NCBI GenBank assembly: GCA_964016885.1
Contig: OZ024743.1
Coordinates: 109,678,001 to 109,742,000, forward strand
Direction: 5' to 3'
DNA: 64,000 nucleotides
Source of the DNA: Eledone cirrhosa
Taxonomy: Eukaryota
Shown: positions 56,824 through 64,000 of the stretch, piece after piece
How the letters are laid out: the number at the start of each line of letters is the position of its first letter
Numbering within the stretch: position 1 is the stretch's first letter
Made by a program: the position numbers and the translations under genes
Notes under the pieces: model-generated
What the model saw: only the letters and a program-made list of their open reading frames with translations
What the model was told of the DNA's origin: nothing
Databases searched by the model: none

Positions 56824-57236
56824 TACTTTGGGAGGGTCATGTTGCCAATAAGAAATACACGAACCAGTTGCTTTCACTCCAATTATTATAAATTAAATTT
56901 ATAAAGTTAAGAATTTATAAATTTCCGGTTGGTTGGTTCCACAACCGGACGGTTGTTCATATATTGTCAAAATTCTTTTGTCACACATTATATGACCTCT
57001 TCAGTGACTGGGGATTCTTCTCATTGTTTTGTGCCTCTCCTTTGTTCTGTCCGACGCCAACCGGAAATTTATAATTTCTTAAATTTATAAATTTATAAAT
57101 TTAATTTATAATAAATTGGAATGAAAGCAACAGGTGTGTATGTTTATTTTTTGCAACATGTCCCTCACAAATATAACAATATCGGTTTCAACACACGTTT
57201 TCAGATAAACAATCTTGCTAAACAAATTAAGAAATG

Positions 57237-57240
<4 letters not shown>
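56820..57240. mobile_element. Family X non-coding copy with inversion, in (TA)n
   Basis: 56820-57060 resembles 52073-52320; 57061-57240 is an inverted tail. Confidence 0.75.
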
Positions 57241-57297
<57 letters not shown>

Positions 57298-57323
57298 TGT
57301 ATGTATGTATGTATGTATGTATG

Positions 57324-57411
<88 letters not shown>

Positions 57412-57469
57412 CACATACACGCATATATATATAAACACACACATATATATATATCTATAAACACAGACA

Positions 57470-57770
57470 CATATGAATTGAGTCACTCCGTCGGTTACGA
57501 TGATGAGTTCCAATTGATACTATCAGAAGAACAGTCTACTCGTGAAATTAACGTGCAAGTGACTGCGTATACCATAGACACGCCTAACCTTTGCGTAGTT
57601 CCCAGGAAGATTCAGTGTAACACCATGTGTGACATAGCTGGTCCTTTGAATTACAGGTACAACTAATTTTTGCCAGGTAAATAGACTGGAGTAACGTGAA
57701 ATAAAGTGTCTTGCTCAAGGATACAAGCCTTAGCCGGGAATCGAAATCGTGACCTCACGATTGTGATCTT
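57470..57770 (-). mobile_element. tRNA-derived SINE (second family)
   Basis: The minus strand has a B-box-like ttcgattcc followed by cttgagcaagacactttatttcac. Confidence 0.65.
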
Positions 57771-57980
57771 ATGATATATAAACAAACACACACACAGATG
57801 ATATATATATGTGTGTGTCTATGTGTGTGTATAAGAGTCTGTATATATACAAACTCTTATACACACTTAGAGACATACACAATCATATACACATGCACAC
57901 ACACACACACATACGAGCACACATATATATAGAAACATACACACAGGAACAAAATATATAAACACAAGCACACACATATG

Positions 57981-58045
<65 letters not shown>

Positions 58046-58099
58046 TCATATATACATATAAACAAACACACTCATACACCCACCCACTTTACTGCGAAC

Positions 58100-58830
58100 C
58101 CAATATTTTGTCACTCTCTCAAAATATTACTCCTCTCTCACTAAAATATTATACGTTAGTCACTCTCTCTCTAAACCACTACATGCTTCAATCGCTCTCA
58201 CTCTCTCAATTCTCCCTCTCTCACTAAGTCACAAAACTCTCTCCCTCACGCCATATGCCGCATACATCACTTTCTCACACTCTCACAATCCCCTTCTCAC
58301 ATTAAACCTCAAATAATTCTCCCCCTCTCTCTATCCCACTACATACCTCATACTCTCTCATTCTCACAAATTTTCCCTCTCTCAACAGATCACCAGATTC
58401 TGTCCCGCTCTCTATATCTCACTACATACCTCACAATTCTCCCTTTTTCACACCGAGCACTAAAACCGCCCAACTCTCTATATTCAAATACATACCTTTC
58501 ACTCATTCACTCTCGTAATTCCTACTCACTAGCCCACCAAACTCTCTCCCCTTCACTATATCCCACTGCATACTTCACTCTTTGTCGCTTACACAATTAC
58601 CCCTCTCTCACTATATTCCCAAACTCTCTGTCCCTCACTATATCCTACTACATACCTCACTCTCTCACAATTTACCTCTCTCACTAAACCATAAAACTAT
58701 CTACCGCTCTCTATATTACACTGCATATCTGACTCTCTCTTGCGATTCGCACTCTCCCACTACACCACCAAATTATCTCCATCTCTCTATATTATATTAC
58801 ATTACCTCATTCATTCACATATACATCGCT
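58100..58830. repeat. Degenerate C/T-rich minisatellite, ~75-80 bp period
   Basis: cactacatacctca-like motif near 58338, 58420, 58564, 58647 and 58720. Confidence 0.7.
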
Positions 58831-59923
58831 TTTTCAGACCACCAATACTAATACCTCATTTTTGCTCTACCGGCAACGACTCTGTCTAATCAGCTATTAA
58901 ACATTCCTAGACTTCTATACGAGACCAGCTTCTATAATTCTCGTCATAAACGAAGGGTTGAGTAGTCTTGATAACCGCTAACGAGCGAGAAACAGGACTG
59001 TTGATTACTCCTCTTTGCTTTTGCCGAGAAAAAGTAAGTGACATAGTCACTACTTTAAAATTCATAGCGAATAGTCTTCATAATATTTTCACTTAAACAT
59101 ACAGCATATTATCAAATATACTATACATACTTTCATACATATGGGCCTTCCATCTATATTTTACATTATATACATATATGTGTATATTTTAATTATTTAA
59201 AAAATATTTTTAAGTGAACATGATTTAAAAAAAAAAAAATTTTCAGTGACTGTGACCCAAGTATTCACGGGTGTCCTAGTAAATACCAAAGTTAATGATC
59301 GGATTTGATAGGATGTTGCTTTATTCTATTATGGATATTATAAGCTAAACCTCTCAACAAATTCAAACAATACCTTCAATAAGGTTTACATTTTAAGCTA
59401 TATTATGGATTCCTGGACCTCATACATTCATTACCTTATCCTTCATTTAACAAATAACCTATTTTATACCTTCTATATAATTGATTAATAATTGAGATAT
59501 AAATAGTCTGAATTATTTTGATTGTTATGAACTTGATCCGGCGTTTGAAGATTCTATGTTTACCTAAAGAAAATGGTGAAAAATATTTTACAGAAATGAG
59601 AATTCAATAATTTTATACGACGCATTTATGTATTGAGTAGAAAATACATTTACCTCATGGTAAATTCATTATGTATTATATATCGTATCTCTATTTTCGT
59701 ATCAAGTGATTTGTCATCTAGTTTGTCTCTTTGTTAATATATTTTACATTTCTGCATCTACTTCTCTAATTCTCTTTATATCTATACCACACAGGTCCCC
59801 TTTCTAGCGCGTTCATTCTATGTTACTCCCTCCATCTCATGCGCTCTTTCTCATTCATTCTCAATATTTCTTTCTTTGCACACACACAAGTACACACGCA
59901 TATCTCTATCTATTTGACTATCT

Positions 59924-62503
59924 GAGAAGGAACTGGTAGATGAAGTAGAAAAGGTAATTAGAAGTGGCAACGTAGCCAGCGTGCTAGCCGTGAGAACGGC
60001 CTTGGACCAATTCTTCGACGCAAAGCACGACGGCTGCGTTGTCAGAAGCAAAATGCGTGCTCTGGGTAACGAGGGAGCCAGCTGTTAGCTGGGCCCGGTG
60101 GCGGAGGCGAAAGATGGCAACAAGTCCACGATTCGGTTTTTGATGGACCAAGACACGTGAGGCGAAGATACATGAGCTGAAGATACGTGAGCCGAAGCAC
60201 GTAAGCCGAATCAGATGTGCGCGGCATTTCAGTGGCACTTTGCTCAGCTGTTTGGGCAGGGCGACGCGCCGGGAGGGGCTATGGATTTCGGTCCATATCT
60301 CGACAGCCTGCCGGGACTCTCGGACAGCGAGACGAAGTTCTGCGAAAGGACGATTTCAGCCGCTGAGATAGGGGACGCGCTGAGCCAATGCGGCAAACCC
60401 AAATCTCCAGGTCTCGACGGTCTCCCCTACGAATTTTACGTAGCAATGCCGGACTTGTTCTCTGATCTCCTGGAAGCGTTCTACTGAAACTGGCAGCAGA
60501 AACGGGAGAATTCCAAGTTCTGTGACCAGGGGCGTAGTCACGCTAGTCAGGAAGGACGGGAATAAGGGGGATGACATAGGCAACTTCCGGTCCATAACTC
60601 TGCTAAACACAGAGTTACAGATCTTGGACAAGAAGGCAAAGCGGTTGGAGCTTGTCGTCGAAAACCTTCTCGAGGCGGCAGGCTTCGGACCCGTGTTCAG
60701 GGGCTGGATTGCCGCAATGCACAGCAGCAACATCTGCTCAAGGGTCAAGGTGAACGGCTATCACTCGGAGCCGTTCCATATCACGCGATCGATCCGACAG
60801 GGATTCCCTCTCTCCTCCCTTCTGTACGTACTGACTCTCGAGCCACTACTGCGGAAGTTGGAGCTATTGCAGGGCATCCCTCTGGAACCGGGACTGCGGA
60901 AAGCGGCTTAGGCCTACGCAGACGACGTTAGAGTAATGGTGTCGAGTACCTCACAAATCAAGGAAGTTGGCACCTTACTGAAGGAATACGAAAGCTTCAC
61001 AGGAGCGAAGCTGAACCGGGACAACTCCATCGGTTTGCAACTCGGATCGTGGAGAAACAGACCGATGCCTTCCGATGGCTTCGTCGGACGCTGCACGAAA
61101 GGACCGGTGAAATTGCTCGTGATCTGGTTCGGTCCAGACCTCCAGGTGGACAAGAGCAGGAACAAGGACACGGCGAAGGTGTTTGCACTCACGCAGAAGT
61201 GGGCTGAGTGCAAACTCTCAGTGACAGGTCGAGCGGAGGTGGCGAACACTTAAATAGCCTCCGTCATCTACTACCACTTGACCCTCGTGTCTTGTCCAGC
61301 CAAAACGCTCACTAAAATGGAACGCGCGCCCTTGCAATTCCTTTGGAAGAAGCGGGCTCTTTTGGTGAGAAGATCCATCTGCTGCAAACACCCTTCAAAC
61401 GGAGGGCTGGGGTTGCGGTGGCTGACGATGCGCAAACACGCGCTCAGGCTGAGGCACATCCACATTTCCTCAGCGGACAACTGGTGTGGCCCCGTTCGTG
61501 AGGCGAGACTTCCCACGACTCGTCTCGCTGACCGAGCTGCAGTCCTGGGTCAAGCAAAGACCAAGGAAAATGGGCCACTGGCACAGGCGCTCACAGCCCT
61601 CTGGCAGGCGGACACAGCGATCAGTAGGAACTCCACTTCGTCATTCTATAGAGCGTTGGTCCGCAGCAAGTGCGACGGCGTGCTCGGAGAAACTCTAGGC
61701 GTAGAAGAAGACGAACTGGCCAGTCTATTCTGTAGGACCTTCTGTCCGGGACCGATGGACAACTTCCAAAGGTCCCTGGCCTGGCAGTGCTAACGAGGAG
61801 CTCTACCAGTTCGAGACAAGCTCTACAGACATGGGCGCCCAGGCAGGGACCCTTCGAAAAAGATCTGTACGAGATGTGCGTGAGACGAAGAAACTGTCGC
61901 GCCCGCATTCGTACACTGCCCGGGTGTTACCGAACTGTGGGGCTATGTAGAACGCTTATTGTCGTGGGTGGGACAAATCCGGTTGAACACCGAGGCAATT
62001 GTCGTGATCAAACCACCACCCTTCTTCAAAAACGAAGGAGAGGCGGTTTTCCTTTGCGTGAACGCTATAGCGAAAGAGGTTGTATAGTGGACGAGGTTAA
62101 AAGGGCTGAGGTCAGACACCTTTCTCTCCGGCCAACAACTGATTGTTTTTTTCAAATACCACATTGGAAGAAGAATCAGGATGGAGAGAGAGGTGCTGTA
62201 CACTAGAAAATGTTATGAAAGGTGGGTGAAAGTAGCGAGAATGGCCCGAGTGAATGGGCCTCCTCTCTATATCAGCCTGTAGGTTGAGGAAAAAGAGGAT
62301 GGGAGGAAAGGGGTACTCACTCTTCGTACTCCTGGAGATGTGGGTTGCTCATTTGTTTTCGGCGGTATCTGTTACCCATATGTAATCGATTAATTTATAA
62401 ATTGCATTTGTGATAGTATTTTACACGTTTTTATTGTATGTAAACTTTCCCCTTTGTATGTGTCCCCTTCTTTTGTGCCCCTGTGGATAATAAAGAATCA
62501 TAC
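59924..62503 (+). mobile_element. 5'-truncated, decayed Tx1-like LINE (relative of 1-4412)
   Basis: KSPGLDGLPYEFY, NFRSITLLNTE, RQGFPLS, YADD and PGPMDNFQRSLAWQC fragments with stops; AATAAA at 62489-62494. Confidence 0.9.
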
Positions 62504-62563
<60 letters not shown>

Positions 62564-62576
62564 ATATCTATCTATC

Positions 62577-62607
<31 letters not shown>

Positions 62608-62609
62608 CT
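62504..62609. repeat. (CTAT)n microsatellite between two LINEs
   Basis: Direct reading. Confidence 0.95.
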
Positions 62610-64000
62610 CTGGGATGGACACATGTTAAACTTGCTCGGTAAGTTTTGTATAAATGTCTTTAAAAATTCGTCATTGTGAACTTATATTTTTCTACCAATT
62701 TGTAGAGGGACTGACAGGTCAATTTTTTTATCTGGTCAGTCTCCCAAAATATCGTGCCCCTCAGGGTAAAAACATCCAAAATATTTTCGAAAAAAAATGT
62801 ATGCATGCCTACTTGACCAGCAGGTAGTATCAGACATGGACAAAGGAATGCCAACATTATCGCCTCAACATTTAGAAGAGGAATAAGCTTCAGCTGCTTG
62901 TAAGCAACTGGACACGCCTGACGTCACAAACGTCACATGTATCCACACACAGAAGGAAGTATGTGTAGCAAACACTAACATCACCACAACCAACAACAAC
63001 AACACAATAAATGAGAAGAACAACAACACAACAAAATAAATCAGTCGCAACACAACGAATGAGACCATCATCACCACCAACAACAAAAATAACAAAATTT
63101 CATTTGCAGCAACAGTTGCTAAGCAACAGGATTTTAAATACTACTCCATGGACATTTCCCAAAAGTCCCAATATTTGTAAGAAGCTTCCAACTATGTGAC
63201 GTTTGAGGGAGACACCCCGCACATACACATACCCCCACTAGTAAGAGAAATGACACAGAAAAAAAAGCTAATTTACAGAACAGTTGACATCATTACCAAA
63301 AAACCCATAACGCTCCCAACAAGCACTATCGAAGCTGCACTAAAATACGTCAAGCCAGACGTGGCATACATCCAAAGAGGTAAACAGTATAGAAGTGTGT
63401 CAGTGCTCTTTAAGAGCAAAATTCTGGCACAACAACACTCGGTTCACCCAATAAAAACGGATCAACACATCTTCCCCACGTACATGGGAAGATGATCCTA
63501 CAAAATAAAAATAACCAGGATCCCAGCAGAGGTCAACATGTGGTCGATCCTACGCTGCATCCTGAAGAAGGATGAGGACACCCTCTTATCTGTAGACAGG
63601 ACAGATCGCCATAACTGGCTTGGAACCTGCATTGAGGTTCTGGTACAAAGGAGGCCAGAGAGAGTTGAGAAAATACTGGACATGATCGTGCTTGAGGAAG
63701 ATGTCATCTCCATTTTAGTGGAGCGGAAAATACCTCAGTGCCATAAGTGTGGGAAAACCACACACTTAAAAGCCATTTGCCCTCTCTTAAACAAACCGAG
63801 GACAAACAAGGTGTTATTACCAACACCAACACCAAAACCCCAACATCAACACTCCCAACCAAACACAACACAAACACCTGCAACATCCACTCCCACATCA
63901 CCAGAGACCAGAGACAACCACACACACAAAATAACACTAAAAAACCCTCCATTACCCCACCCACCCCTGTCAAATACTTCCAAAAATACCTGCACAAACA
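62610..64000 (+). mobile_element. 5' region and decayed ORF1 of a Tx1-like LINE (runs off the window)
   Basis: CX2CX4HX4C knuckle CHKCGKTTHLKAIC at ~63739-63780, then a Thr/Pro-rich tract like that at 174-560. Confidence 0.7.

Overview
AT-rich eukaryotic, repeat-dominated DNA. The SINE families and the extreme (TA)n/(CA)n/(GA)n microsatellite load suggest a coleoid cephalopod, probably Octopus (inference). No host protein-coding gene is recognisable, and nearly all short ORFs are microsatellite translation artefacts. Contents: Tx1/L1-type LINEs (one near-complete with a single frameshift), an R4/Dong-type RLE retrotransposon, a decayed RTE-like LINE, tRNA-derived SINEs and at least six Penelope-like element (PLE) GIY-YIG remnants. 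The main signal, invisible in the ORF track, is about 18 intact or near-intact type-I hammerhead ribozyme (HHR) motifs from about nine families, all folded by eye. They lie (i) 3' of PLE GIY-YIG ORFs, (ii) in short non-coding palindromic elements inserted in (TA)n, and (iii) in a ~464-476 bp tandem array resembling a non-LTR retrozyme. One family has the compensatory U3-A8 core. Several unrelated families share an ACTC...GAGT(G/A)CT tail motif just beyond the point where their shorter inverted arm ends. Ribozyme activity is untested.
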